DNA of 64,000 nt from Devosia sp. (GCF_028290645.1 NZ_JAQGJL010000199.1:523-64522), one strand, 5' to 3'; positions 43,501 to 53,713 are shown, counted from the stretch's first letter. A program made the numbers and translations. Notes: a model not told the origin generated them from the sequence alone.

Positions 43501-46500
43501 ACTCATCGGTGACGACCATGGCGATGGTGTTGGCGCGCCCGCCGATGCCGCCGCCGCCGCCCACCGACTGCGCGAAAATGCCGAAGCCGGAGGCGCCGTG
43601 GGTCTTGATGCCGCCCGAGTTGTTGACGTCGACCGCGCCCCCGTTATCGCCGTCGCCGCCCCCGCCGCCGATGGTGACGTCGGCGGTGAAAGACTTCGAT
43701 GAATCGTTGGTGGTGTCGGTGACCACACCGACGGCGGTGATGGCATTGCCGCCATTGCCGCCGCCGCCGCCGATCGACTGGGCGAAGATGCCGGTCGCGC
43801 CGGCGCCCTCGACCTCGATGGTTGCGTCGTTGTCGACGATGGTATGGCCGCCGACGTCGCCAGTACCGCCGCCGCCGCCGACGGTGACCGCAGCAGTGAC
43901 AGTGGTCGTGGGTTCCTCCCCACTGCGCCCGGCAAGGCCGAGCTGGGCGGTGATGGCCTGGCCGCCATTACCGCCGCCGCCACCGACCGACTGGGCGAAG
44001 ATGGCGTGCGCCTCAAGGCCAATGGTGTGGATGTTGCCGCCGAGCAGGTTGTTGACCGTAACATCGCCACCAGCGTCACCACTGCCGCCGCCACCGCCGA
44101 CCGACACGCCGATCGTGCCGATGTTGCCTTCCGCCGATCCGGTGATCTGGGCGGTAAGGGCCATGCCGCCGTTGCCGCCGCCGCCACCGATCGACTGGGC
44201 GAAGATGCCGATCGACTTCACGCCGGTGACGACTTCCTCGTCCTCGCTGACAACGATGCGCCGCCCGGTGTTGATGGCGCCGCTGTTGGTGACGATGACG
44301 TTACCGCCAAAGTTGCCAATGCCGCCCGCTCCGCCGACGGTGACCGCGACGCCGGCCGCATCGCCCTGGGCGGCGGCGATCGTGCCGGAGATCGCCATGC
44401 CGCCATTGCCGCCACCGCCGCCGACCGACTGGGCGAAGACGCCGTAGGACTCGTCGCCATAAACAGTCAGCGTCTTGGTGTTGCCGACCTCTACATCGCC
44501 GCCAACGCCGCCGCCGCCGCCCGAGCCGCCGACGGCGACCGAGCCGGTTAGCGCTTTGTCGCCGACCGCCATAGCCAGCGACGCTGCAAAACCACCGTTA
44601 CCGCCACCGCCGCCTATCGATTGCGCAAAGATGGCGTTTGCGTGCTTGCCGCTAGTGGTGATGGCACCCTGGTTATCGACGTCGACCTTAGCGCTGTCGC
44701 CGCCCTCGCCAGCATCGCCGCCGATGGCGACAGAGACGGCGCCGCCTGGCTTCGGGCCAAGTGCAAACGCCCCCGCGAAGGCAAAGCCGCCGTCGCCGCC
44801 GCCGCCACCCACCGACTGCGCGTGGATGCCGTCGGCGCCGTCGGCCGTCGTCAATAGGATCGTATCGGTGCCGTTATTGAGGACGTTGACTGCTCCGGCG
44901 TTGCCGCCGCCGGCGCCGGAGCCACCCACGGCCACGGCGGCGCTGACGTTCGTGCCGGCTCCAGCCGCCAGCGACACAGCACCGGCGAAGCCGCCGCTGC
45001 CGCCGCCGCCGCCTACGCTCTGGGCGAAGATGGCGTGGGAGCCTAGGCCGGTATAGACAGCGTCCTCGCCGACGCCGGTGACCGAGCCGGTTGCAATGCT
45101 GCCGCTGTTGTTGACCGTCACCGCGCCGGCGTGGCTGGCGGTGCCGCCCGAACCGCCGATCCCAACGGCAACCCCCACCCCGGCCGCGCCGTCGATAGAT
45201 ATGGCAAGCGTGCCGGACACGGCAAAGCCACCATTGCCGCCGCCGCCACCGATCGACTGGGCGAAAATGCCGTGCGCGAGATTGCCTAAAGTGCTGATGG
45301 TGCCGCTGTTATCGACTGTAACGTCATTGCCGGTGCTGCCGCTACCGCCACTGCCGCCGACGGAGACCGCGATCGCCAGCGCACCACCGGAGCCGGCGAC
45401 CGAAAACCCGCCATTGCCGCCACCGCCGCCGATTGACTGGGCGAAGATGCCATGGGCGTTATGCCCGGTTACGTTTTCGCCGGCCGCGACGTCGCCGCCG
45501 ACGATCAACGCACCGGTGCTGATGTTATTCTCGTTGAGCACCTTAACCGTGCTGGCAGTCGCGCCGCCACCACCGCTGCCGCCGACGCCGACGGTGATCG
45601 CGCCGGCGCCGGCCGCGCCGCTGACGGCGTAGCCGCCGTTGCCGCCGCCGCCGCCCAGGCTCTGGGCGACGATGCCGATGGCGCCGTCGCCGACCGTGCC
45701 GATCGTACCGGCGGTCTCGCCAATTCTGGTGACGTTGACCTTGACCGCTCCACCCGTGCCGCCGGTGCCCCCGGTGCCGCCAACACTCACCGCCGCGCTC
45801 ATACTGCCGATCCCGGCGGCCACCGCGTAGCCGCCATTGCCGCCGCCACCGCCGATGCTCTGCGCGACCACGCCGTGCGAGAGCCCCCCGCCCGTCGTGA
45901 TGTTGCCGGAGGTGTTGACGGTGACCGTGCTGCTTGAGCCGCCGGAGCCACCGGAGCCGCCCATGGCAAGGTCCGCCTGGATGATGCCGCCCGCCGTTGC
46001 CGAGATCGCCCCACCACCACCACCGCCGCCGCCGCCGACGCTTTGCGCGAGGATGCCGGCGGACAAATCGCCGCCGGTCACGATCGTGCCGATGTGGGTC
46101 ACATCAGCGGTGCTGCCAGAGTTGCCGCCGCCGCCATCGCCGCCCAAGGATACGCCGACGCTGAAGCCGAGCACGGCAACGCCAGCGGTGACGGTGAAGC
46201 CGCCGTTGCCGCCGCCGCCGCCGATGCTCTGCACCTGGATGCCGTCGGCCCGGTCGCCCTCAGTGGTGATGGTCGGCGCGACGCCGCTGCCGTTCACCGT
46301 ACCATTGTAGATTGCCGCGGCGCCGGCACCGCCGAGGCCACCATGCCCGCCGACCGCAACCGAAGCGCCGAGATTGACGGAGATGGCGCCGCCGCCATTG
46401 CCGCCGCCACCACCGATCGACTGCACCAGTATGCCTTTGCCGCCATCCTCACGCGTGGTGACTGAGCCGGAATTGTTCACGGTCGCTATGCCACTGCCGC

Positions 46501-47905
46501 CGCCCGAGCCGGCGTCGCCGCCGACGGCGAAAAGCCCACCGGCACTGCCGCCGTCGCCGCCGCCGCCGCCCACGCTCTGCGCCACGATGCCCATGGACTC
46601 GGCGCCCCAGGTATTGATCGTGTTCGAGTTCGAAACGGTGACAGTGCTGCCGTTCGACTGGCCGCCGCCGTTGCCGCCGATGCCGACTATACCGCCGGAC
46701 TCGCTCCCCGAACCAGCACCTGCGCCAGTGCTCAGCGCGTAGATGCCGTGGGCCCGAGTGCCAAGCGTGGTAACGGTGCCGTCATTGGTGACCGTAACCG
46801 TACCGGCGCTGCCGCCATTGCCGCCCTGGTCGCCAATGGCGATGCCACCGGACGTAGAGCCACCGGCGCCGCCGTTGCCGCCCTTGCTTAGTGCGTAGAC
46901 GCCGTGACCGCCGTCACCGTTGGTCACGATCGATGAATCCGGACCAAGGGCTACGACCACGTCGCTTCCGTTGCCGCCATTTCCACCTGAACCGGAGACT
47001 GAGACGATGAGGCCGAAACCACCGCCGCCGGTGCCGCCGTCGCCGCCAATGCTCTGCGCCAGCACACCGATGCCCGCAATGTCGGGGTCAGTGGCGTCGA
47101 GCACGGTGATAGATGCATTGCTGTTGACGACCACCGATCCGGCACCGCCGCCAGTGCTGCCGTTAGTGCACCAGGTGGCCAACAGGATCGTCGTGCAACC
47201 GCCATTGCCGCCGCGGCCACCGATGGATTCGACTTGTATGCCGTTGGCGTCGGTAGTGGTGAATGACGCTCCCGTGCCGGGATTCGCTATCGGATTATTG
47301 ACCGTGAGACTGCCGCTAGCGTTGCCGCCAGTTTCGGCCGTCGCTATGAGGTGCACCGCGAGGTCCTCCGTCGTATCGAAGGTGTCGGCGGTGGCCAGAA
47401 TCTCATACTCGAATGGGTCCTCCGCCGTGCCGGCGCCGGTCCGCACGATGTATTCATCGTCCACGAGGTAAGGTGTGTCGTCGGTGAGATCGTCGGGAGT
47501 TCCATTCTGATTGGCGACGACGAAGATATTCGCCGTGTCTTCATCGTTGTCGTCGTCGTATGAGATTACCGAGAGCTTGATCTGCACGTCGGTATCCGCC
47601 CGGTTAACACCGGCTTCCCTTAGAAGAATGCCGACCACACCGGGATTGACCGTCTGCGAGCCCCCAGTGCCACCCGTGACGTTGACTGTTTTGACGGCTG
47701 TGTTGTCATAGCTGTTGTCATATCTGATGCCGGCGGTCGGCACGTCTGGACAGTCCGCAGTCGTGAGGGGGGCCAGGCAACCTTCGTTTGCCGCATTCGC
47801 AACCGTAACTGCGCCGATCGAGAGTGGTACAGCGAGCGCGAGTGCCCAGAGCACCGCTATTGCGGCATTCCAACCCTGGCGAGACAATATCGTTGTCGTC
47901 AACAT
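40511..47905 (-). CDS. giant type Va autotransporter (about 2460 aa) with glycine-rich repeat passenger and C-terminal beta-barrel
   Basis: ATG at 47905 (the listed start is GTG at 47917). Signal peptide ...AVLWALALAVPLSIGAVTVANA. More than 20 units containing G(I/V)FAQS(I/V)GGGGGNGG. The last roughly 290 aa are barrel-like and end ...GGSLKISAPF. Confidence 0.9.
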   Translation of the reverse strand: MLTTTILSRQGWNAAIAVLWALALAVPLSIGAVTVANAANEGCLAPLTTADCPDVPTAGIRYDNSYDNTAVKTVNVTGGTGGSQTVNPGVVGILLREAGVNRADTDVQIKLSVISYDDDNDEDTANIFVVANQNGTPDDLTDDTPYLVDDEYIVRTGAGTAEDPFEYEILATADTFDTTEDLAVHLIATAETGGNASGSLTVNNPIANPGTGASFTTTDANGIQVESIGGRGGNGGCTTILLATWCTNGSTGGGAGSVVVNSNASITVLDATDPDIAGIGVLAQSIGGDGGTGGGGFGLIVSVSGSGGNGGNGSDVVVALGPDSSIVTNGDGGHGVYALSKGGNGGAGGSTSGGIAIGDQGGNGGSAGTVTVTNDGTVTTLGTRAHGIYALSTGAGAGSGSESGGIVGIGGNGGGQSNGSTVTVSNSNTINTWGAESMGIVAQSVGGGGGDGGSAGGLFAVGGDAGSGGGSGIATVNNSGSVTTREDGGKGILVQSIGGGGGNGGGAISVNLGASVAVGGHGGLGGAGAAAIYNGTVNGSGVAPTITTEGDRADGIQVQSIGGGGGNGGFTVTAGVAVLGFSVGVSLGGDGGGGNSGSTADVTHIGTIVTGGDLSAGILAQSVGGGGGGGGGAISATAGGIIQADLAMGGSGGSGGSSSTVTVNTSGNITTGGGLSHGVVAQSIGGGGGNGGYAVAAGIGSMSAAVSVGGTGGTGGTGGAVKVNVTRIGETAGTIGTVGDGAIGIVAQSLGGGGGNGGYAVSGAAGAGAITVGVGGSGGGGATASTVKVLNENNISTGALIVGGDVAAGENVTGHNAHGIFAQSIGGGGGNGGFSVAGSGGALAIAVSVGGSGGSGSTGNDVTVDNSGTISTLGNLAHGIFAQSIGGGGGNGGFAVSGTLAISIDGAAGVGVAVGIGGSGGTASHAGAVTVNNSGSIATGSVTGVGEDAVYTGLGSHAIFAQSVGGGGGSGGFAGAVSLAAGAGTNVSAAVAVGGSGAGGGNAGAVNVLNNGTDTILLTTADGADGIHAQSVGGGGGDGGFAFAGAFALGPKPGGAVSVAIGGDAGEGGDSAKVDVDNQGAITTSGKHANAIFAQSIGGGGGNGGFAASLAMAVGDKALTGSVAVGGSGGGGGVGGDVEVGNTKTLTVYGDESYGVFAQSVGGGGGNGGMAISGTIAAAQGDAAGVAVTVGGAGGIGNFGGNVIVTNSGAINTGRRIVVSEDEEVVTGVKSIGIFAQSIGGGGGNGGMALTAQITGSAEGNIGTIGVSVGGGGGSGDAGGDVTVNNLLGGNIHTIGLEAHAIFAQSVGGGGGNGGQAITAQLGLAGRSGEEPTTTVTAAVTVGGGGGTGDVGGHTIVDNDATIEVEGAGATGIFAQSIGGGGGNGGNAITAVGVVTDTTNDSSKSFTADVTIGGGGGDGDNGGAVDVNNSGGIKTHGASGFGIFAQSVGGGGGIGGRANTIAMVVTDECTIPGLCDDSPANKNNYSLGVSVGGDGGVANHGGDVEVINTGNIETLGDTSDGIYAQSIGGGGGNGGNGILGSAEILPIPAELLVILPIGSVSIHKDFTIAVGGNAGAGGNGGVVDVDNTGSIITRGGNSNGIFAQSVGKGGGVGGKAVIGATGKLGLGGEGDNAGSGGNVAVTQAAIGDIETFGVSSNGIFAQSVGGGGGIAGNVDRALAADIETPLGTIPGLNLGVGLALGRSSGAGGNGGAVDVAANGDITTHGDSSAGIFAQSVGGGGGLLGGLGNAEPVLNLMSWQIGSKGDDGDAGAVSVDLTGTIRTAGNNATGIFAQSAGGLAKLSDDPDADPVAANSGDVTVTVSGSVLTAENLLTGDEARGMGSIAILAHSAADTNAANGNVIIDINDTDTIIRGGRTGAVGEMGYVGVGVWIMDGKTNTIDNAGTITTADGVDAGWAILATGSDATHLGGDEAVSNFGTVTGSIALGVGTNSFVNETTGKFNSGAFATYGDGNLLTNNGWMSTGGTNRVMTTAFNGDLTQSATGIYGVDLDLDRTGLAGEADLIDIDGTLTVDGAVDLTLLNMGNALPGEHEVVIARSETKLVGGIELNTAASLVVTYEMFKQANLLPGIDTELVLSYAIDFDIDGLNPNQSAIGQYVNAFQLAGGSDGLEPLVASLIQIPDLETYQALLDQLSPEPYLINQTLAMLAGLQFENSLMSCKVQDGFDAEGQCAWASVNHRKTERAENSTNLGFEQTSFGLSAGAQAKIDDHFVAGIGGSWEDIGTESNGSTSSSGNRFQGGAVFKGVWDGTVLAGAITGGWSSQNVSRFVDLPLGPSYVLEGTQDIGFASAHVRLSHSFEQDNWYVRPMVDVGVTQVSVADFAETGGPTALEIDGHDQTYVTVAPSIELGGEMDVGNDAVLRSFIRVGALDVLLGTNPEILAGFADAPDEVAPFTIVGDLDEALFDVTMGFDVINGSGAVVRLSGDAKVGETIKSYGGSLKISAPF
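42480..47250 (-). repeat. array of degenerate 60-90-aa coding repeats (AQSxGGGGGxGG motif); approximate limits
   Basis: I counted about 22 AQS(I/V)GG motifs plus about three degenerate ones in the translation. The plus strand shows periodic GCCGCCGCCGCC tracts. Confidence 0.85.
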
Positions 47906-48173
47906 GCGAGCGCCCACCCAATATGCGTTACCGGGAGGTTAAGACGCAGTTTTGCCAAAGGAAATCCACATTCTTGTCATAAAGGGGCAATTGGCAGATC
48001 GGTGGCGCCCGAGCAACAGTATTTTGGCCGCAGATACAACTTTACGGCAAAGGGTGCGTAAAAAAATGCTACGTGGGGACGCCGTCAAATAATATAGTGT
48101 CTACCCACCCACCCACCAGCCCGAATTAGAACGTGAGGCACCGAGCCGGCACATTCTGCGACAGGCGCAATCG

Positions 48174-48424
48174 CTATCTCTGAAGGTCCAACTGGGCTGC
48201 CAGGATCTCGCGCTCGACCTCTTCCTTGGTGGGCTGCTTCATTCCGATGCCTCGTCCGCCACAATGCGGTAGACCCGGCCGCGTCCCTCGATCACCTCGG
48301 AGGTCACCTCCAGCTTCAGCTTCTTCTTGAGGTTGCCGCTGATGGCACCACGTACCGAGTGCGCGTGCCAGCCGGTCGCGTCCATTAGCTCGGAAATGGT
48401 CGCACCGGCGCCTGATGGGACCAT
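48174..48424 (-). pseudogene. remnant of a DUF3489-DUF2924-type mobile-element operon
   Basis: GATISELMDATGWHAHSVRGAISGNLKKKLKLEVTSEVIEGRGRVYRI carries the DUF3489 signature with a shortened N-terminus. An ATGA-coupled 22-codon stub follows, MKQPTKEEVEREILAAQLDLQR* (DUF2924-like start), and then terminates. Confidence 0.55.
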
Positions 48425-48561
48425 CTTGACGATTGAGCCGGAGCAGGAACGGCCCTGGCCTCCCGCGAAGAAAGCCGGGTCACGAGCCCTTCACCAATGG
48501 AACCAACGGCATAGCGGGGAGTTCGATTCCCAGCGGGGTGCGTAAACAAGGAAGAAGAACA

Positions 48562-49143
48562 ATGAAACCCTTATTTCTGGGCGCGATGGTGTTACTAGGT
48601 AGTCTCGCTCTTATCCCCTCGGTGAGCGCCGCCGAGGCCTCCAGGTCCACCAACGTCCGCTCGGGACCAGGCACCAGCTATCGCATCGTCGATCGGCTTT
48701 TCCGCGGTGAAGATGTGAACGTGCGCCGTTGCCGCTCCAACGGCTGGTGCTATGTCAGCCACCCGGGCCCCGATGGCTGGGTATCGGCAGCAAACCTTCG
48801 TTCCAACAACGTCAGGGACGACTACCTGGGTGACCGTCGGCTGCGGCCGAACCTGAGCTTCAGCATCATCATCGGCGGCGGCGGATTTGGCGGTGGCGGC
48901 GGTGGCGGCGGTGGCGGCGGCGGCGGTGGTGGCGGCCCTCGGGAAGATCTGGTCTGCCTCGTGACGTTCTTTGACGAAGCCGATGTGGCAGCGGGCGCCG
49001 ATGCGAATGTCGAAAGCGCCCGGGTGCTCCCGCGCAGCGAAGCGGAACGCCGTGACGGTCCGAATGACCGCCGGGCCATTTTTGACTACGGCACCGATGA
49101 ACAGACGCGGGACACCTGCGGCTATCTGGACAACCTGAACTAG
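48562..49143 (+). CDS. secreted SH3b-domain protein with poly-glycine linker and Asp/Arg-rich C-terminal domain
   Basis: AAGGAAG RBS. Signal peptide MKPLFLGAMVLLGSLALIPSVSA. NVRSGPGTSYRIVDRLFRGEDVNVRRCRSNGWCYVSHPGPDGWVSAANL (SH3_3-like). GGN run at 48874-48936. Confidence 0.7.
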   Translation: MKPLFLGAMVLLGSLALIPSVSAAEASRSTNVRSGPGTSYRIVDRLFRGEDVNVRRCRSNGWCYVSHPGPDGWVSAANLRSNNVRDDYLGDRRLRPNLSFSIIIGGGGFGGGGGGGGGGGGGGGGPREDLVCLVTFFDEADVAAGADANVESARVLPRSEAERRDGPNDRRAIFDYGTDEQTRDTCGYLDNLN

Positions 49144-49438
49144 TCAAAGGTGCGGGTGCCCCACTTCGGGGTCGGGGCATCGGGGCAGCGGACATCCTTA
49201 CCCAACCGGGATGCCCGCTGCGCCGGAACTGGCATCGCCGCGGCACGGATAAAGCCGTCGCGAAGCCGGGCGCTGGTTTACCTGCGCTCAGAACAAGCCG
49301 ATGATCCGGTTCTCGCTTGGCCACATGGTTTTGGCGCGTTGCCCGTCACCGACCTGTCAGCAAACTGTCACAAAAAGCAGTCACAAGGCAGTCACCAAAC
49401 TCTCAATGTTCCGGCCAGTTTGGCCGCAGGTGATTGCG

Positions 49439-49825
49439 ATGACCACAGTCGGCAGTTTCGTCGATTTTGCACTGCTCTCTCCTGCCACTGAGGAAACCCG
49501 CAGCGTCAAGGCAGGCGAAGTGATCTTCGAAGAGGGCGACGTCGGGCATGAGTTCTTCGTCGTGAAGTCGGGGACCGTTGCCATCCTCCACGGCAATAAG
49601 ACGCTTCAGGTTCTGGGCGAGGGCGAGATCTTCGGTGAGATGGCCCTTATCGACAACGAACCTCGCAGCGCCACCGCCATTGCACAGAGTCAGTGCGCCA
49701 TCGTGCCGGTCAGCGAGAAGCAGTTCTTGTTCATGAGCAGCGAGTCGCCCTACTTCGCGCTCAACGTCATGCGCGTGCTGGCGAAACGACTTCGGGCCTC
49801 GAACAACTTCCTGCCTGGCGTGTGA
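49439..49825 (+). CDS. cyclic-nucleotide-binding domain protein (stand-alone)
   Basis: ATG at 49439. AGEVIFEEGDVGHEFFVVKSGTVAI...GEGEIFGEMALIDNEPRSATAIA is a canonical cNMP-binding beta-roll. Confidence 0.75.
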   Translation: MTTVGSFVDFALLSPATEETRSVKAGEVIFEEGDVGHEFFVVKSGTVAILHGNKTLQVLGEGEIFGEMALIDNEPRSATAIAQSQCAIVPVSEKQFLFMSSESPYFALNVMRVLAKRLRASNNFLPGV

Positions 49826-49878
49826 CGCCGGCTGATCCCCGGCGCTGCCATTGGCGAGCCAGAACTCTCTGCGGTTAG

Positions 49879-50577
49879 ATGCAAGCCATGTTGGAACCAC
49901 TGCTGCGGGGGCTGACCGATCCCGTTATCCTGTTCGGACATTTCACGTACTTTCTGCTGATCGTTTCGATGGTCATGCGCCGGATGGTAGCATTGCGCCT
50001 GCTGGCGGTCGGCTCCGGCCTCGCAAAGATAGTCTACCGTGCGTTCTTCGTGTTCGATCCGGTCAGCGTGCTATGGGAGACGGTCTTCGTAGCCGTCAAC
50101 GTCGTGCAACTGGTGCTGATCTGGTATTACGAACGCCACCATCGGTTCGACGAGGATCATCGGCACTTCGCCGAGAACATGCCGGAGAACGTCGACCGCA
50201 GCGCGATCAAGCGGATGTTGGATCTTTCCGATCTGGAACGCTACGAACCGGGTGCAATCCTCACCGCCGAGGGTGCAAAGGTCGAACGGCTGGTCTACCT
50301 GGCCGACGGGATCGTCAAGATCGAGCGTGGTGATCGTGTGGTCGCCATTTGCGGGCCGGGAGACTACATAGGCGAGCTGAGCTTTCTGTCCGGCAACCCT
50401 GCCAGTGCGACAGCCACCGTCGTGAAGCCGACCCGTGCGTTGATCTTCGACCAGGCCAGGCTGAGTGCGGCGATGGCCAGCGACACGCAACTGCAGCGCA
50501 CGCTTGAATCGGCGCTCAACCGTAACCTTGCGGGTAAGCTGACGCGGGCAAACCAGCAGCCGCGTCCGTCCATTTAG
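49879..50577 (+). CDS. membrane-anchored cyclic-nucleotide-binding protein (about three N-terminal TM helices)
   Basis: Hydrophobic N-terminus (ILFGHFTYFLLIVSMVM, LRLLAVGSGLAKIVY, VLWETVFVAVNVVQLVLIWYY), then ...GPGDYIGELSFLSGNPASATATV. Confidence 0.75.
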   Translation: MQAMLEPLLRGLTDPVILFGHFTYFLLIVSMVMRRMVALRLLAVGSGLAKIVYRAFFVFDPVSVLWETVFVAVNVVQLVLIWYYERHHRFDEDHRHFAENMPENVDRSAIKRMLDLSDLERYEPGAILTAEGAKVERLVYLADGIVKIERGDRVVAICGPGDYIGELSFLSGNPASATATVVKPTRALIFDQARLSAAMASDTQLQRTLESALNRNLAGKLTRANQQPRPSI

Positions 50578-50748
50578 TCTAGCCACGCCTGCCGCGACGC
50601 AGACAACCAACGCCAAGTCCGGGAGAGTGGATGTGGCAGAAGCATTGCCGGAAGTCGGTCTGACGACGCTCGGCTTCGAAGGCTGACAGCTTGTATGTGA
50701 GCGGCGACCGAGGGCTTGGATTGCTCGGTCGCCTGCTCGAGGTACCAT

Positions 50749-51663
50749 CTACTCCGCCGCCATCGCCTTGTCGCCAGAGGCAGGGGCCGCAAGCTCACGG
50801 GCCCGCGCCAGGGACTCCGGCTGCTCGCGACGATAGCGGCGGCCGATTTCCATCATCGCCACGGTGCCGGGGAGGAACGTGAGTTCGGCGAAGATCTCGT
50901 CCCAGGCGATGTCGCCCCAGCCGAGCGGCATATGCAGGTCGCCGATGCCCATCGCGGTATTTTCCTGCGGATGGTACGGCTTGAAGAAGCCCTGCGGGCG
51001 GCCGAACGAATCGTGGAGGTGCAGGTGCCCGGCGACGGGCGCCATGGCGCGGATCTCGGCGCGGAAATCGAGGCCCTTGAACGTCGATTCAATATAGGCG
51101 TGGCTGAAGTCGATCAGCGCCACGACGTTCGAATGGTTCACCGCCTTCACCGTCTCGGCCACTTCCGTCGGGGTCTGCCGGTACTGGCCGAGCTCGGTGG
51201 TGAAGATGTTCTCGAGCGCGATGCGCACACCGTGAGGGCGGGCGAAATCGGCGAGTTCGGTCAGGGCTTCGCGCTCACGCACGTCGGCCCCGGCCCAGTC
51301 GGCGATGGCGTCGGCACGCAGCGCCCCGCCATGCTGCACCAGGATGCCGGCGCCGATCGAGTTGCAGACTTCGACCAGGGCCTTGGCCGCATCGATCTGG
51401 TAGCGCTGCGTCACCGGGTCCATGAAGTTGGACGAGACCAGCCCATGCACGGTGTAGCGGAAATTGAACTGCCCGGTGAGCGCCAGCAGCGCCTCGTGGC
51501 GTTCCTTGATGATCTTGCCGCCGGCGATCAGGTCGAGGCTGGTGATGCCGATCTCGACGGTGTCGACACCCATGTCGGCAAGCGCGCGCATATCGGCTTC
51601 GAGGGAGGCGAATTCGCCGTTGTCCGAGCCGACATTGAAGCCGGTCGCAATGATGTTGCTCAT
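50749..51663 (-). CDS. sugar phosphate isomerase/epimerase (xylose-isomerase-like TIM barrel)
   Basis: 304 aa. ...GVDTVEIG...VHG...ALENIFT...FSHAYIES...HLHLHDSF metal-ligand pattern. Confidence 0.85.
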   Translation of the reverse strand: MSNIIATGFNVGSDNGEFASLEADMRALADMGVDTVEIGITSLDLIAGGKIIKERHEALLALTGQFNFRYTVHGLVSSNFMDPVTQRYQIDAAKALVEVCNSIGAGILVQHGGALRADAIADWAGADVREREALTELADFARPHGVRIALENIFTTELGQYRQTPTEVAETVKAVNHSNVVALIDFSHAYIESTFKGLDFRAEIRAMAPVAGHLHLHDSFGRPQGFFKPYHPQENTAMGIGDLHMPLGWGDIAWDEIFAELTFLPGTVAMMEIGRRYRREQPESLARARELAAPASGDKAMAAE

Positions 51664-51698
51664 GATGAAGTCTCCGTTGAGCGGTCTGAAACGAGTGG

Positions 51699-52775
<1,077 letters not shown>

Positions 52776-52786
52776 GTTCTGTCCAA

Positions 52787-53704
52787 TCATTTGTCGCGGG
52801 AGATGAGGCCACGCACGAACCAGCGCTGCATGAAGGCAACGACGAGCAGCGGCGGCAGCATGATGATGAGGGCGCCGGCCATGGTGACGTTCCAGTCGGG
52901 CGTGCCGTTCTGGGCCGGGATCAGCGCCTTCAACTGCATCACCACGGTGCCGAAATTGGCCCGGTCGGTGGTGACCAGCAGCGTCCACAGATACTGGTTC
53001 CAGCTCGAGACGAACATGATGGTGGCAAGCGCCAGCATGTTGGTGCGGCTGAGCGGCAGCAGCACGTCCCAGAAGAACTCGAGCGGGCTCGCGCCATCCA
53101 TCTTGCTGGCTTCGACCAGTTCGTCCGGAATGGTCATGAAGAACTGCCGGTAGAGGAAGGTGCCCGTAGCCGTGGCGACGAGCGGCAGGATCAGGCCGGG
53201 ATAGGAGTTGAGGAGGTTCCAGTTGAGCGCGATCTGCACCCCGCTCACCGCCTGCACAAGCCCGGTGATACCGAGCGTGTCGAGGATCACCTGGAACGGC
53301 AGCAGCGCGTTGGCGGCGATCGAATAGGTGGGGACGATACGCACTTCGAGCGGCAGCATCAGCGTGATGAAGATCAGCCAGAAGCACAGCATCCGCGCCT
53401 TGAAGCTGAAGAACACGATGGCGAAGGCGGAGAGCGAGGCCAGGGTGATCTTGCCCACCGTGACGCCGATGGCGACGATGAAGCTGTTGATCAGCTTGGG
53501 CCCGAGGTCGCCGCGCGTCCAGGCCGCCGCAAGGTTCTCGAACAGGTGTGACGAGGGCAGCAGGCTGATCGGCACCTGGCTGACCTCCTGCAGCGACTGG
53601 GAGCCGGCGACCAGCGTGATCCAGAACGGGATCACGACCAGCAATGCCCCCAGCGCCATGGCGAGGTAGGTGACGAAATCGAAAACGGGGGAACGCTCGA
53701 TCAC
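52787..53704 (-). CDS. carbohydrate ABC transporter permease (UgpE/MalG-like)
   Basis: 305 aa, multi-TM, with an EAA-loop-like [23 protein letters not shown]. Confidence 0.9.
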   Translation of the reverse strand: MIERSPVFDFVTYLAMALGALLVVIPFWITLVAGSQSLQEVSQVPISLLPSSHLFENLAAAWTRGDLGPKLINSFIVAIGVTVGKITLASLSAFAIVFFSFKARMLCFWLIFITLMLPLEVRIVPTYSIAANALLPFQVILDTLGITGLVQAVSGVQIALNWNLLNSYPGLILPLVATATGTFLYRQFFMTIPDELVEASKMDGASPLEFFWDVLLPLSRTNMLALATIMFVSSWNQYLWTLLVTTDRANFGTVVMQLKALIPAQNGTPDWNVTMAGALIIMLPPLLVVAFMQRWFVRGLISRDK

Positions 53705-53713
53705 GGCTTCACC

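Noticed and set aside
41543-47471. Many long plus-strand ORFs (e.g. 41543..42850, 42279..43340, 43455..44447, 44475..45056) encoding Pro/Ala-rich proteins
   Set aside because: They are the complement of GGN/GCN-rich codons of the minus-strand autotransporter. They have monotonous PPPP composition and no RBS context, so they are shadow ORFs typical of high-GC repeats.
48515-48545. GGGGAGTTCGATTCCCAG string resembling a tRNA T-arm
   Set aside because: The flanking bases do not form a 5-bp T-stem (several mismatches). No acceptor, anticodon or D-arm could be folded around it.
42480-48936. Periodic GGC/GCC repeat tracts as possible CRISPR-like or satellite arrays
   Set aside because: The repeats lie in-frame inside long ORFs and encode glycine runs. 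There are no spacer-like unique inserts of regular length and no cas genes.
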